Origin: Christensenellales bacterium | GTDB lineage: Bacteria > Bacillota > Clostridia > Christensenellales > JBMNTQ01 | Direction of reading: 5' to 3' | Length of the DNA: 64,000 nucleotides | Assembly: GCA_050945835.1 (NCBI GenBank) | Contig: JBMNTR010000014.1 | Location: 6,080 to 70,079 of the forward strand | Position numbers and translations under genes: made by a program | The notes under the pieces: generated by a model | The model's database searches: none | What the model was told of the DNA's origin: nothing | Seen by the model: only the letters and a program-made list of their open reading frames with translations | Shown here: positions 19,568-29,977 of the stretch, piece by piece | Numbering within the stretch: position 1 is the first letter of the stretch | Layout: every line of letters starts with the position of its first letter

Positions 19568-20797
19568 TTATTGCAAAAGCCTTAGCCGCAGTTGATTGAG
19601 CGCATGCAGGCAGGCGATACTCCGTATGCGCGCACGATCGCCATGCAGCCTGAACTCCCTCGCGTATGCGCCGTCCTTTGTGGCGATGCCTACATATACA
19701 AGCCCCACAGGCTTCTGTTGTGTGCCGCCATTAGGGCCCGCAACGCCGGTGGTGGACACGGCGATGTCCACACCCTGCTTCAGGAGGCCCTGCGCCATCT
19801 CGACCGCTGTTTGCTCACTCACCGCGCCGAACTCTTCCAGCGTATCCCGGGATACGCCCAGCCTTTTTATCTTGGATCCGTTGCTGTAGCAAACGATGCC
19901 CTCCACCAAGCTCGCGGAAATCCCCGGATGCGCCACCAAAGAGGAGACCACCAGCCCGCCCGTACAGGATTCGGCGACGGCGAAACGCTTCTTCTGGCCC
20001 ACCAGCAGCCTGGCCACCACCTCATGCATGGGCACGCCGTCATCCGAATAGATGGCGTCCCCCACACGGGCGCGGATTTCCTCCAGCACAGGCATGATCA
20101 GCGCATCCGCCTCCTGCACCGTGTAGCTCTTCGCGCTGATGCGCAGTGTGACCTCCCCCAGGCCCGCATACGGGGCGATGGTCGGGTTCGTCTGCGCTGC
20201 GATCATATCCTTGAGCCGGTCGTCCAGCTTGGATTCCCCATAGCCAAACAGCCGCAATACGCGGGAATAGATGCGCTTATCCGCCAACTGCCGCAGATAG
20301 GGCGCCACGCTCTGTTCAAACATGTATGTCATCTCCCGCGGGGGCCCCGGCAGTATGATGACACGCTTGCCCCCCTGCTCCACAATGCAGCCGGGCGCTG
20401 TGCCGCGCTCGTTGGGCAGTATAAGGCTGCCCTTTGGGAAATACGCCTGCCTGTAGTTATTTTGCGTTGCCTTCTCCTTTATGCCGGAGAAAAACGCGTC
20501 TATCCTCTGTGCGCTCGCCTCATCCTTCTCCATAGGAAGCTCCATCGCCTGCGCCACGATTTCTTTTGTGATGTCGTCGGCCGTGGGGCCTAAGCCGCCG
20601 GTGACCATCAATATGTCCGCGCGCGCAAGAGCCTGGCTGACGGTTTGCTTCATACGCGCGGGGTTATCCCCCACAGTAGTCTGATAATATACATCGATGC
20701 CCAGCGCGCACAATTCTTTGGAAAGGTATTGCGCGTTGGTGTTTACAATCTGCCCCATCAACAGCTCGGTACCCACCGATACGATTTCCGCTGTCAC
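19568..20797 (-). CDS. cinA: competence/damage-inducible protein CinA (MoCF-binding + nicotinamide-nucleotide amidase domains)
   Basis: TAEIVSVGTELLMGQIVNTNAQYL N-terminus. GTG 20797 follows AGGGGGAAG and overlaps the pgsA TGA (GTGA). The upstream part of ORF 19568..21262 is out-of-frame read-through of pgsA. Confidence 0.88.
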   Translation of the reverse strand: MTAEIVSVGTELLMGQIVNTNAQYLSKELCALGIDVYYQTTVGDNPARMKQTVSQALARADILMVTGGLGPTADDITKEIVAQAMELPMEKDEASAQRIDAFFSGIKEKATQNNYRQAYFPKGSLILPNERGTAPGCIVEQGGKRVIILPGPPREMTYMFEQSVAPYLRQLADKRIYSRVLRLFGYGESKLDDRLKDMIAAQTNPTIAPYAGLGEVTLRISAKSYTVQEADALIMPVLEEIRARVGDAIYSDDGVPMHEVVARLLVGQKKRFAVAESCTGGLVVSSLVAHPGISASLVEGIVCYSNGSKIKRLGVSRDTLEEFGAVSEQTAVEMAQGLLKQGVDIAVSTTGVAGPNGGTQQKPVGLVYVGIATKDGAYAREFRLHGDRARIRSIACLHALNQLRLRLLQ

Positions 20798-21345
20798 GAT
20801 TCCGCTTCCCCCTTTTTGAAAAGATGCCTGCCTTGATAGATATAATGTATACCGGACACCACCGTCAGCACAACGGCAGTCCACAGCATGATATCCGCCA
20901 TAGGCACGCCTATATCCTCGAACAAGAAGTTTTCCAAGAGCAGCAAAGTCAGCGCGATCGCCTGAAAGATCGTCTTCAGCTTGCCCAGAGCGCCCGCCGC
21001 GATCACACAGCCGTTTGCCGCCGCAAAGGCTCTGAATCCGCTCACCACAAACTCCCGCGAGAGAATGATCACCGCGGCGATAGGCGAAAGCATATCGAAG
21101 GAACACATCATGATCAGCGCAGACGCCACCAGCATCTTGTCGGCGATGGGATCCATCAGCTTGCCGAAATCCGAGATGTGGTTCTTGCGCCGGGCGATTT
21201 GGCCGTCGAGTATATCCGTTATAAACGCCAGCACAAACACCAGCGCCGCATAGAAATTCCAATAGGGTATGCCTGTATAGAAAAATAGGATAAACACCGG
21301 TATCATCAAGATCCTGGTAATGGTCAGCCAGTTGGGTAGATTCAT
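20794..21345 (-). CDS. pgsA: CDP-diacylglycerol--glycerol-3-phosphate 3-phosphatidyltransferase
   Basis: CDP-alcohol phosphatidyltransferase motif DILDGQIARR...G..MDPIADK. ATGA overlap with the rimO stop. Confidence 0.92.
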   Translation of the reverse strand: MNLPNWLTITRILMIPVFILFFYTGIPYWNFYAALVFVLAFITDILDGQIARRKNHISDFGKLMDPIADKMLVASALIMMCSFDMLSPIAAVIILSREFVVSGFRAFAAANGCVIAAGALGKLKTIFQAIALTLLLLENFLFEDIGVPMADIMLWTAVVLTVVSGIHYIYQGRHLFKKGEAES

Positions 21346-22652
21346 GTCGCCAATTCTCCTGTCAAATCATAATCGCCGGCCTGCGTGATGCGCACGCGTA
21401 CAAAGTCACCCGGCGCCAGCTTCGTATCCGTGATGACGCATATGTGCGGGTCGATCTCGGGTGCTTCGCCATAGCTGCGCGCGAGATACGCCCCGTCTTG
21501 TGCCGCACCCTCTATGAGGGCTTCATATGTCTTGCCCACACGCAAGCCGTTGCGCCTGTGTGAAATTTCTTTCTGCGCGTCCATCAGCTCGGCATAGCGC
21601 GCCCGGCGCACATCCGGCTCCACCTGTTTCATAGAGGCCGCTTTTGTGCCTTCTTCTTGGGAATATTCAAATACGCCCAAGCGGTCGAATTCATTTTCTT
21701 GTATGAAGCGCAGCAGAGCCTCGTGCTCCTGCTCAACTTCCCCGGGAAATCCCGTGATCAGCGATGTGCGTATGATGAATGCACCGCTGCGCGCGCGTAT
21801 ATCGCGCATAAGCTTCGCGATCAGCGCGGAATCCCCCCTTCGGTTCATGCGCGCGAGCACCGCGTCGTGTGCGTGTTGTATGGGCATCTCCACATACTTA
21901 CACACCTTCTCCTCTTGCTCCATGACATCGAGCAGCTCCTCCGTGATCAAATCCGGGTAGAGGTATAAGAGCCGCACCCAACGCACGCCGTCTATACGGC
22001 ACAGCCGCGTGAGCAGTTCGGGAAGCATGGGCTTTTGATAGCGATCCATGCCGTAGCGCGTGGTGTCCTGCGCGACGACATTGAGCTCCGCCACACCGCG
22101 GCCGGCCAGCGCCTGCGCTTCAGACAGCACATCCTCCATCGTCCGGCTTGCATACGCGCCCCTGATAGAAGGAATGGCGCAATAGCTGCACTTATTGTCG
22201 CAGCCGTCGGCCACACGCAGATATGCGTAGTGGGGCGGCGTGGTCAGAACCCTTGCGCCATAATCGTAGTCAGTGTCCGGTTCATCTACCTTGACAAACC
22301 GCTCCCGCTTTTGCAGGTATTCCCCGATGCGCCGATATTGCCCTGTGCCCAGTATGAGGTCGATTTCGGGCATTTCCTCGTAGAGTGTTTGCGCATAACG
22401 CTGAGACAAACAGCCCGTCACCACCAGTTTTTTCAGATCGCCTTGTGTCTTGTAGCGCGCCATATCCAATATGGTGTCAATCGCTTCCCGCTTGGCAGCA
22501 TCGATAAAACCACAGGTGTTCACCACCAGCACATCCGCCTGCTCCTCGTAAGGGGTCAGCTCATAGCCCGCGCTTTTCAGCTGCGCCAGCATCACTTCCG
22601 TATCCACCCGGTTTTTACAGCATCCCAGTGAAACAACGCCTACTTTTTTCAA
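21342..22652 (-). CDS. rimO: ribosomal protein S12 methylthiotransferase RimO
   Basis: UPF0004 N-domain (VSLGCCKNRVDTE, VNTCGFI), radical-SAM CSYCAIP motif and TRAM domain. TTG start after GAGGGG. Confidence 0.9.
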   Translation of the reverse strand: MKKVGVVSLGCCKNRVDTEVMLAQLKSAGYELTPYEEQADVLVVNTCGFIDAAKREAIDTILDMARYKTQGDLKKLVVTGCLSQRYAQTLYEEMPEIDLILGTGQYRRIGEYLQKRERFVKVDEPDTDYDYGARVLTTPPHYAYLRVADGCDNKCSYCAIPSIRGAYASRTMEDVLSEAQALAGRGVAELNVVAQDTTRYGMDRYQKPMLPELLTRLCRIDGVRWVRLLYLYPDLITEELLDVMEQEEKVCKYVEMPIQHAHDAVLARMNRRGDSALIAKLMRDIRARSGAFIIRTSLITGFPGEVEQEHEALLRFIQENEFDRLGVFEYSQEEGTKAASMKQVEPDVRRARYAELMDAQKEISHRRNGLRVGKTYEALIEGAAQDGAYLARSYGEAPEIDPHICVITDTKLAPGDFVRVRITQAGDYDLTGELAT

Positions 22653-22689
22653 TCAAAACCCCTCTTCTTTTAAAAAATCGGCGAATTGC

Positions 22690-25011
22690 CTATTGCGGAT
22701 GCGCATGCGGGAACATGCGCTCAGCTTCATCACGCGTGATCAGCACATCACGCGACTTGCTTCCGTCAAATCCGCTGACAATACCGCGCACTTCCATCTC
22801 GTCCACCAGCCGGGCGGCACGCGCATAGCCCACCCGCAGCCGGCGCTGCAGCATGGAGATGGAGGCTTGTCCGTTGTCCAGCACGATCTGCACGGCGCTG
22901 GGCAGCAATTCGTCGGCACCGTCTTCGTGTGCTGCGGATTCGCTCTCTGTCTTGCCCTCTTCCGGGATATTTTCCAAAATTTCCAGCCGGTAATCCGCCT
23001 GCGCCGTCTTCTTCAGGAAACCGGTCACACGCTTGATCTCGCCATTGGAAACATAGCAGCCCTGCACGCGTATCGGTTTGGACGCGCCGTTGGGGTAATA
23101 GAGCATGTCCCCGTTACCCAGAAGCTTTTCCGCGCCGCCCATGTCCAGCATGGTGCGTGAATCCACCTGCGAAAACACTTTCAGCGCGATTCTCGAGGGG
23201 ATATTCGCTTTGATCAGCCCTGTCACCACATCCACCGACGGGCGCTGTGCAGCCAGTATCAAATGGATACCGGAGGCTCTCCCCATCTGCGCGATGCGGC
23301 AGATCGCATCCTCCACATCCTTGGGCGACACCATCATCAAATCCGCCAGCTCCTCCACGATCACGATGATCTGGGGGGCGGTCGGTTCATTCTCCATACG
23401 CGCAAGCTCGTTGTAGTCTTTTAAGTCCCTCACGCCTTTGGCCGCGAACAGCTTGTAGCGGTCCGTCATCTCATTGACCGCCCATTTTAAGACCCCCGCC
23501 GCCTTTTTCATGTCCGTCACCACCGGCAGCAGCAGGTGCGGGATGCCGTTGTATTCGTTCAGCTCGACCACCTTCGGGTCCACCATGATCATGCGCACCT
23601 GTTCGGGTGAATATTTATACAGCATGCTCACGATGATGCTGTTGATGCACACGCTCTTGCCGGAGCCCGTGGTGCCCGCCACCAGCAGATGCGGCATGCG
23701 CGTGATGTCCGCCACGATATTCTTGCCTGTGATATCCTTGCCCACCGCAAAACAGCAGCCTTCCTGCGCGGACACAAACGCCTTGCTTTCGATGACTTCC
23801 CTGAGCAGCACACCGGTTGACTCCGTGTTGGGCACTTCGATGCCTACCACCGGCTTGCCAGGTACAGGCGCCTCGATCCTAACGGGCGCAGCCATGGCCA
23901 ACGACAGATCATCCGATAGGTTCACAATGCGGTTGACCTTCACACCGGGTGCCGGCGTGAGCTCATACCGCGTGATAGCAGGGCCGTATTCCACCCGCAC
24001 CACATTCACCTGCACGCCGAAGCTTGCCAGCGTATCCTCTAAAAGCACCGCCTTTTCGCGGCATTCGTCGGCATTCGCCCGGCTCTTTACAGAAGGCAGC
24101 TTGAGCAGGTTGATGTCCGGCTTGATATATTCACCCGCACCCGGTTCGCCTGTGCGGATGCGCATCAGCTCCTCCTCCTCGGGGTGCTTGATATCCAAAT
24201 CTGTATGCGGCGCATCCGAAGCTGCGGGCGAAGCGGGTATGGGCAGCTCGACCGGCTCCGGAGCTATTTCATCCGCCGCTTCGTAAGCCCCGGCTTTTTT
24301 TTCGAGCGGTTCAAACAAGCCGCCGAAGCGGATGTCCTGTTCGCTTTCCGCCACCGTTTTTTGATTGGATGCCTCTTGTTTGAGCTGCTCGATATAGAGC
24401 TTTTTCTGCCTGCGTTCCTCCCTGTATTGCTCTCTATGCCGTTTCACGCGCTCGGTGCCGTTTTCCAGCGCCTTCTGCGGTGAAAATTGGGTGAGCACGA
24501 TGATGCACACGATGAGCACCGTCGCAAATACGATGATCGCACCCACCGCCCCAAACAGCACCTTCGCAGGAAACGCGAGCAGCGCGCCCATAAAGCCCGC
24601 GCCGGTCTTCTGCGCCATGCCCGCCTGCGTATAGGAGGCCGCCAGATAATCCGAATACTCCATCTGTGAAAGGCCGGAGGTGGTGAACAGGTGCAATATG
24701 GATAATATGCATACCATGCACACCGTAAGCATCAGCCGCTTGCTAAAAGGCGGCTTTTTGCGTCCCGCCGTTATGATGACATAAAGCCCCAGCATGAGCA
24801 TGCACACCGGCAGCGCATATGCGGCCATGCCCAGCACGCCAAAGGAAAAATCCTTGACCATAGCGCCCAGCACGCCCGCCGTATCCGTATAGACGCTCAA
24901 ACCCAACAGCAGGCTGAGCGCCAAAAGCACGACGCCTGTAATCTCCAGGCGGCGTTTTCTTTTGAGTGCCTTCGTATTCCTTTTGGGTGTGTTTGCGCCG
25001 GCACGCGTCAT
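22690..25011 (-). CDS. ftsK: DNA translocase FtsK/SpoIIIE
   Basis: N-terminal TM helices, linker, motor domain (AGTTGSGKSV, IVIVEELADL) and gamma winged-helix tail. ATG 25011 is preceded by GGAGG with 6-nt spacing. Confidence 0.93.
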   Translation of the reverse strand: MTRAGANTPKRNTKALKRKRRLEITGVVLLALSLLLGLSVYTDTAGVLGAMVKDFSFGVLGMAAYALPVCMLMLGLYVIITAGRKKPPFSKRLMLTVCMVCILSILHLFTTSGLSQMEYSDYLAASYTQAGMAQKTGAGFMGALLAFPAKVLFGAVGAIIVFATVLIVCIIVLTQFSPQKALENGTERVKRHREQYREERRQKKLYIEQLKQEASNQKTVAESEQDIRFGGLFEPLEKKAGAYEAADEIAPEPVELPIPASPAASDAPHTDLDIKHPEEEELMRIRTGEPGAGEYIKPDINLLKLPSVKSRANADECREKAVLLEDTLASFGVQVNVVRVEYGPAITRYELTPAPGVKVNRIVNLSDDLSLAMAAPVRIEAPVPGKPVVGIEVPNTESTGVLLREVIESKAFVSAQEGCCFAVGKDITGKNIVADITRMPHLLVAGTTGSGKSVCINSIIVSMLYKYSPEQVRMIMVDPKVVELNEYNGIPHLLLPVVTDMKKAAGVLKWAVNEMTDRYKLFAAKGVRDLKDYNELARMENEPTAPQIIVIVEELADLMMVSPKDVEDAICRIAQMGRASGIHLILAAQRPSVDVVTGLIKANIPSRIALKVFSQVDSRTMLDMGGAEKLLGNGDMLYYPNGASKPIRVQGCYVSNGEIKRVTGFLKKTAQADYRLEILENIPEEGKTESESAAHEDGADELLPSAVQIVLDNGQASISMLQRRLRVGYARAARLVDEMEVRGIVSGFDGSKSRDVLITRDEAERMFPHAHPQ

Positions 25012-25295
25012 TGCGATCCTCCATGCAGCCATCGATATTTTCACATACAGCTACATGGTAATTATACATATAAATAAGTTTAAATACAAATAGAAAACGA
25101 AAGGGGAGATCCTTTGCCTGAATCCGTTAAAATCCTCGTGCTCATAAAAAAGCGCAGGGCATGTAAAATTAGAGAGGAGGCCGTTCCATCGTATCGTTTG
25201 GAGAGACATGCTGCTGGGCAACACAATTCCCCGCCTGTGTGTATGACCGAAGAGGGCATCCGCCAAAAGGGATGCTCATGGCGATAAAAGCGCCA

Positions 25296-25502
25296 TCACC
25301 CTCCGCCCCCCAACACGCTGCCCGGAGACAGCTCCGGGGTTAAATAGTCGTTTGGATCGCTGCTTAGCAGCCTGGTCACGCTCACACCTTGCTGTGTGCG
25401 CACCCCTTCGACGAGGTGCCCCTGTATGTAGTAGCAGTTCGAAGCCGCCGTCGGCGTACCGTCGAATACCTCCTCGATGGGCTTTATTCCATAGTAGAGC
25501 AT
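25296..25502 (-). CDS. YlzJ-like small protein
   Basis: 68 aa between the tepA-like gene and ftsK/spoIIIE, the position ylzJ occupies in Bacillus. MLYYGI...PIEEVF N-terminus. Confidence 0.6.
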   Translation of the reverse strand: MLYYGIKPIEEVFDGTPTAASNCYYIQGHLVEGVRTQQGVSVTRLLSSDPNDYLTPELSPGSVLGGGG

Positions 25503-26155
25503 TTGAGTTCCTCCAGTTTATCCAGCGCCTGCATCATACCGCCCACCTCGTCGATCAGGCCGCACTCCACCGCCTGCGGCCCTACCAGCACCGTACCCAC
25601 GTCGCTGAACGGGCCTTCGTTGTTGTTCATCAGCCGGTTGAGCGTTTCCCGCTCGATGCGCGAATGCTCCACGATGAAGGTGTGCAGCCTTTCCTGCATC
25701 TTGTCGAAATACTCGTATGTCTGCGGCACATTGACCACGATGCCGTTCATGCGTATGGGATGCAGCGTCATAGTGGCCGACGAGCAGATAAACGAATGGC
25801 GCGCGCTCACCGCCAGCGGCACGCCTATGCTGTGCCCGCCGCCCAGCACCAAAGACACGCTGGGCTTGCGCATGGTGGCGATCATCTCGGCAATAGCCAG
25901 CCCCGCCTCCACATCCCCGCCCATGGTGTTCATGATCACCATAAAGCCCTCGATGTCGTCGTTCTGCTCGATGGCGATCAATTGCGGTATGATATGCTCA
26001 TATTTCGTCGCCTTGTTCTGCGGCGGCAATACGGTATGTCCTTCAATCTGCCCGATGATGGAGATGAAATGATATTTGCTCTGCGTCAGCACGGGCACCT
26101 CGACCGTACCCAGCTCTTTGATCGTTTCCACGATCTGTTCTGTCTGCTCTTCCAT
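25484..26155 (-). CDS. tepA: ClpP-family protease-like protein (TepA type)
   Basis: IGQIEGH...IMNTMGGDVEAGLAIAEMI...LGGGHSIG has ClpP/TepA-fold motifs. Synteny with ylzJ and ftsK. Confidence 0.75.
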   Translation of the reverse strand: MEEQTEQIVETIKELGTVEVPVLTQSKYHFISIIGQIEGHTVLPPQNKATKYEHIIPQLIAIEQNDDIEGFMVIMNTMGGDVEAGLAIAEMIATMRKPSVSLVLGGGHSIGVPLAVSARHSFICSSATMTLHPIRMNGIVVNVPQTYEYFDKMQERLHTFIVEHSRIERETLNRLMNNNEGPFSDVGTVLVGPQAVECGLIDEVGGMMQALDKLEELKCSTME

Positions 26156-26267
26156 AACGCCTCCATTGATAAGCTTGATATTCTATTTTGTCCATCAATC
26201 AAAAAACCATGCCCGATTCTTTCGTTTCAAGCATGGTTTTTCCGTATACACAAGGCTGAGCGCGGCT

Positions 26268-27578
26268 TCAGCCGCATTTGCCCGCCAGTCCATACAGCTT
26301 TGCCGGCGCTTCATACAGAAGGCTTGTGATGATCACCTCGGCTGCCGCTGCATCGAACAATCCTTTTTCGATCTTTTGCATGAGCGCTTGCACGATGTTG
26401 TTCTTTGCGATGCACAGATGGCCGTAAACACCGTCCGCAAAGAGATAGTCGCCGCCAAACCCGAGTATCTTGTTGTAGGGTATCGCCTCCAGCCATTCTT
26501 TCAGCACAGCCTGTGCAGCATCAGGCGAAATGATGTGTGACCAGCACATATCCGCCCAAACATTGGGATACCATTTGGCCAGCACGCCAAGCTGCTGATG
26601 AAAGGGATAGCCTATGTGGAACAAATCGAATTTCACGCCGGGATAGGATTGGATAAGCTCGTTGAGCAGTAGCGGGTCGCTGTTGCGGAGCAGGTTGCCG
26701 TTGCCCTCCTGTATGCCGGTGTGTACTTGCAGCACCATCTCTTTTTCCTGCGCAATACCCAGCAGAAAATGCATCACATAATTCTGCATATCCGTATTCG
26801 CCCACAAGCCGTACCCATCCCCGATCGTATTGAAATAATCGTCGCGAAACATACGGCAGAATCCGGCTTCCGCTTCGCCATAGCTCGTTTTTTCGAAGGA
26901 CAGGCTGCGCTCATAGGCGAGCGCACACTTGAGTATGCCGCTCTTTTGCGCGAATCGCTCCATCAATCCGGCGCAAGCCTGCAGATAATCGTCAAACCGG
27001 GCTATGCGAATACCCGCTATGCGCTCTAAAAAAGCGATGTCTTCTTGCGATCTTGGCAGCACCATACGGTCGATCCTGTTGGACTGTATAAAATAGGCGC
27101 CATCCGGCGGCTTGAGCCCCTCTTCGCCGAACACGACGGCGTCGAGCACGCTTTTTTCAATGCGGCATCTCTTCTTCAAGACTTCCTGATAATGGGCACC
27201 GCGAAGCCCGCAGAGGAACCTTTCATTCAATTCATGGATCGAATTCCGGTCGATCTCATCGATCCCGTAAAGGTCTTTTGCCGCAATCGCCAGGCTCTGG
27301 CCGTATCCCGTATACCGGCACGCTGCCCAATACGGCTCCACAAGCTTCCATTTTTCGCCTATATCAAGCGGCGCTTCGATTCTTTTCGCATGCGCCGGCG
27401 GGAACCCTGCCGATATCAGATCGCGTATAAAATAGTGGCTTAAAAACTCCGAAAGCACATCCGCCTGTTTGTTTCGCATATGCTCAAACGCGGGCAGGTG
27501 CTCATGCGTGTCCATCACTTTCGCGTCCGCAATAAATTCTTGCAGCCGCTCTTGTGTTCGCTTTAATACCAAAGCCAT
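26268..27578 (-). CDS. amidohydrolase-superfamily (TIM-barrel metal hydrolase) protein
   Basis: MDTHEHL metal-ligand motif near the N-terminus and a DMCWSH-type distal motif. ATG 27578 follows GGGGAGGAGGG. Confidence 0.55.
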   Translation of the reverse strand: MALVLKRTQERLQEFIADAKVMDTHEHLPAFEHMRNKQADVLSEFLSHYFIRDLISAGFPPAHAKRIEAPLDIGEKWKLVEPYWAACRYTGYGQSLAIAAKDLYGIDEIDRNSIHELNERFLCGLRGAHYQEVLKKRCRIEKSVLDAVVFGEEGLKPPDGAYFIQSNRIDRMVLPRSQEDIAFLERIAGIRIARFDDYLQACAGLMERFAQKSGILKCALAYERSLSFEKTSYGEAEAGFCRMFRDDYFNTIGDGYGLWANTDMQNYVMHFLLGIAQEKEMVLQVHTGIQEGNGNLLRNSDPLLLNELIQSYPGVKFDLFHIGYPFHQQLGVLAKWYPNVWADMCWSHIISPDAAQAVLKEWLEAIPYNKILGFGGDYLFADGVYGHLCIAKNNIVQALMQKIEKGLFDAAAAEVIITSLLYEAPAKLYGLAGKCG

Positions 27579-27623
27579 CCCTCCTCCCCTGCGTGCCGCG
27601 CCGAAAATCCTTTTGCGCACGAA

Positions 27624-28250
27624 CTATTTTTTGGGGAACAATTTGCTTCTGTAAAAATTATCCGCCATATAGACAGCACCCAGCGGGTTATGCGCCAGCA
27701 CCTTATCCTTCACAGCCAGCACAGTCACCGGCGCGGCGCTGTGTTTGAAGAACAGCGTATCATGCCCCACGCAAAGCCCCAGCACCACATTGAGCTGCGT
27801 GTTCGCTTTTTCGAGCCAAAGCGCCTGCCCCACCGGATCACAGACGGCTTCGTTCCCCCGCCTGTTGAGCGCTTCGTTGCTCATGCCGAATTCGTCCACC
27901 TTGAAGCTGCCGCACTTGCACACCACGGAATCCACCGTCAGCCCGTGATGTTCAAACACACGCGTCACCGTGTCCGCCTCTTTAGCAAGACCGACGCAAA
28001 AAGCGAGGCCCACGCGCTCAACCCCCAGCTCTTTGGCAAAGCATAGGGTCTCCATGATGCGCGGGTATGTGCCTTTCGCCTGCGCGTCTAGGCGCATGGA
28101 CGCCTGAAAGATATCGAGATTCTCTTCATCTTCTTTAAACCGCTGGTTCACCCGCTCCCTCGTCTGTTCGTCCAGACACGGGCAGCCGGCAGGGTAATCC
28201 GTTGATTCGCCGCGGCAGGTACGCAAGCCGCACTTTGCACAGTAAAACAT
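27624..28250 (-). CDS. DUF1847-like Cys-rich metal-binding protein
   Basis: N-terminal CAKCGLRTC...YPAGCPC cysteine cluster and overall size recall DUF1847. Assignment from memory only. Confidence 0.45.
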   Translation of the reverse strand: MFYCAKCGLRTCRGESTDYPAGCPCLDEQTRERVNQRFKEDEENLDIFQASMRLDAQAKGTYPRIMETLCFAKELGVERVGLAFCVGLAKEADTVTRVFEHHGLTVDSVVCKCGSFKVDEFGMSNEALNRRGNEAVCDPVGQALWLEKANTQLNVVLGLCVGHDTLFFKHSAAPVTVLAVKDKVLAHNPLGAVYMADNFYRSKLFPKK

Positions 28251-28264
28251 CTCTGTTGCCTCCT

Positions 28265-29977
28265 CTATTCCGTGGTTTCTCCCACATACCAGTTTTCAAT
28301 ATGCATATACGGGTATGGATCGGGGGCGTTGGTTACGCCCTGTATCACATTGCGCAAAAGCAATGTGCGTGTCTGAAAACAGACGGGTATATGCGGTATC
28401 TCGGCCATAAAATAGCTGTTGAGCGCATTCATGGCCTCCATGAAATCCTGCTCGTCCTCAGCTTTTTTAACGGCGTCTGTCAGTGTCACGGCGGATGCTT
28501 CGGCATAGCCGCCATAGTTGAGAGCGCCTTCGGGTGCCAAAAACACGCCGTAATCCGGCGCCTGCGGCAGATACGTATGCACGAGTGCCAGATCAAAATC
28601 ACCCTGATGCAGGCGCGCGGCGTATTCTTCCTTCTCCACCGCGACTATTTCAACGCCCATGCCCGATTTCTCTAACTGCCGCTCGATGGTCTTCGCCATG
28701 TCCGCTAAAGGGATGCCCTCCAGGCTCGCGCTGACGAGCAGCTTGAAGGTGAGCGGCTTGCGCATGGCGTCCTCCACGATGCCGTCATGGTCGCGGTCGC
28801 TGAAACCCTGCCCCTGCAAAAGCGGCGTGACTTCGTTGCGCAGCAGGCTCTCATAAGGGTATACCGTCGCGTTGTAATAATTCCCCGGCAGAGAGGGTAC
28901 GTTTGCCATCACGCCGTGACGTGAAAACGCGCGGGTGGCCAGCTCTCCTTTATCCAGCGAATAGGCGATGGCCTTGCGTATATCCAAAGCGCCCAGACGC
29001 TCATGTGTGTGATTGATGGCGATATACGTATAATAACGGGATATCGCCTGCTTGGCGGTATCCTCCTGCGTGTTGCGAAAAGCCGAAGCCGTGAGGTCTA
29101 TCGTGTAGACAGCGTCTAACCCGCCGTCCTGATACGCCGCCAGCGCGTGCGCGTCGTCTGCCGTGCACAGCGCGGTGATGCTGTCGATATAGACGCCCCG
29201 CTCATCCCACCAATCCGCATTGCGCACGAGCTTCATACTCTGTTTGGGCGTATAGCTCTCCACACGATACGGGCCGGTTCCCAAAGGGCTCATAGTCACA
29301 TCCTGCCCTTGCGGCAGCACGGGGAAATCAAGATGATAGAGCAGATATTGCAGCGAACAGTTGGCCGTAATCCTCACCGCCCCGTCGCCCAACTTTTCAT
29401 ACCCTTCGATCACATCTATACAACCCCTGTACACCGTATCCGCGTCCAGATCGTTCACGCGCTGCTTGATCTCATCCAGCGTATGCAGTACATCGTCCGC
29501 GTCCAGCTGCCCTGCTCCGCCCTGCCAGCTTACGCCCTCGCGTATCAAAAAGACATACCCGCCTTCGAGATGAGCAGGCTCGTTGTCAGGATCCTGGTCG
29601 TCATCGCCTTGTGTGTCCTGCGGATCCGGCGATTGCTGGGGCTGGCCTGTTTCATATGCCTCGTAGGGCATCCAGCTTTCGAACAGCTGCGGCACGATCC
29701 GGCCGTCTTCATCGATCTCTACCGGCTTTTCATACACCAGATCCAGCAGCGCCGTCATCTCCGCCGTACTCACGTCCAGCGGGTTCAGCGTGGGCGCGTC
29801 ATACGGCATGCTGATGCGGATATCCCCGCCCGCAGCAGGTGTGGCCAGCACAGGAAGCTGATTGGCAGCAGCCGCTTCCGTCTGGGAGGGCTGCTCGGAT
29901 CGAACGGCGCAGCCGCACAGCAGCAGCAGTGCCAGCAGCAGCCACACGCCCCTGTATGCTTTAGATGTGCAGGTCAT
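28265..29977 (-). CDS. ABC transporter substrate-binding lipoprotein, family 5 (peptide/nickel type); no cognate permease nearby
   Basis: Signal/lipobox VWLLLALLLLCGC, then SBP_bac_5-like sequence (PTLNPL, LVYEKPV, FDLALV). Start uncertain (29977, 29998 or 30004). Confidence 0.75.
   Translation of the reverse strand: MTCTSKAYRGVWLLLALLLLCGCAVRSEQPSQTEAAAANQLPVLATPAAGGDIRISMPYDAPTLNPLDVSTAEMTALLDLVYEKPVEIDEDGRIVPQLFESWMPYEAYETGQPQQSPDPQDTQGDDDQDPDNEPAHLEGGYVFLIREGVSWQGGAGQLDADDVLHTLDEIKQRVNDLDADTVYRGCIDVIEGYEKLGDGAVRITANCSLQYLLYHLDFPVLPQGQDVTMSPLGTGPYRVESYTPKQSMKLVRNADWWDERGVYIDSITALCTADDAHALAAYQDGGLDAVYTIDLTASAFRNTQEDTAKQAISRYYTYIAINHTHERLGALDIRKAIAYSLDKGELATRAFSRHGVMANVPSLPGNYYNATVYPYESLLRNEVTPLLQGQGFSDRDHDGIVEDAMRKPLTFKLLVSASLEGIPLADMAKTIERQLEKSGMGVEIVAVEKEEYAARLHQGDFDLALVHTYLPQAPDYGVFLAPEGALNYGGYAEASAVTLTDAVKKAEDEQDFMEAMNALNSYFMAEIPHIPVCFQTRTLLLRNVIQGVTNAPDPYPYMHIENWYVGETTE

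Noticed and set aside
25114-25287. 57-codon plus-strand ORF (TTG start 5 nt after GAAAGGGGAG) in the ylzJ-ftsK intergenic region.
   Set aside because: It has the opposite orientation to all neighbours, a non-ATG start and no recognisable motif. It could be checked for conservation, but I do not call it.
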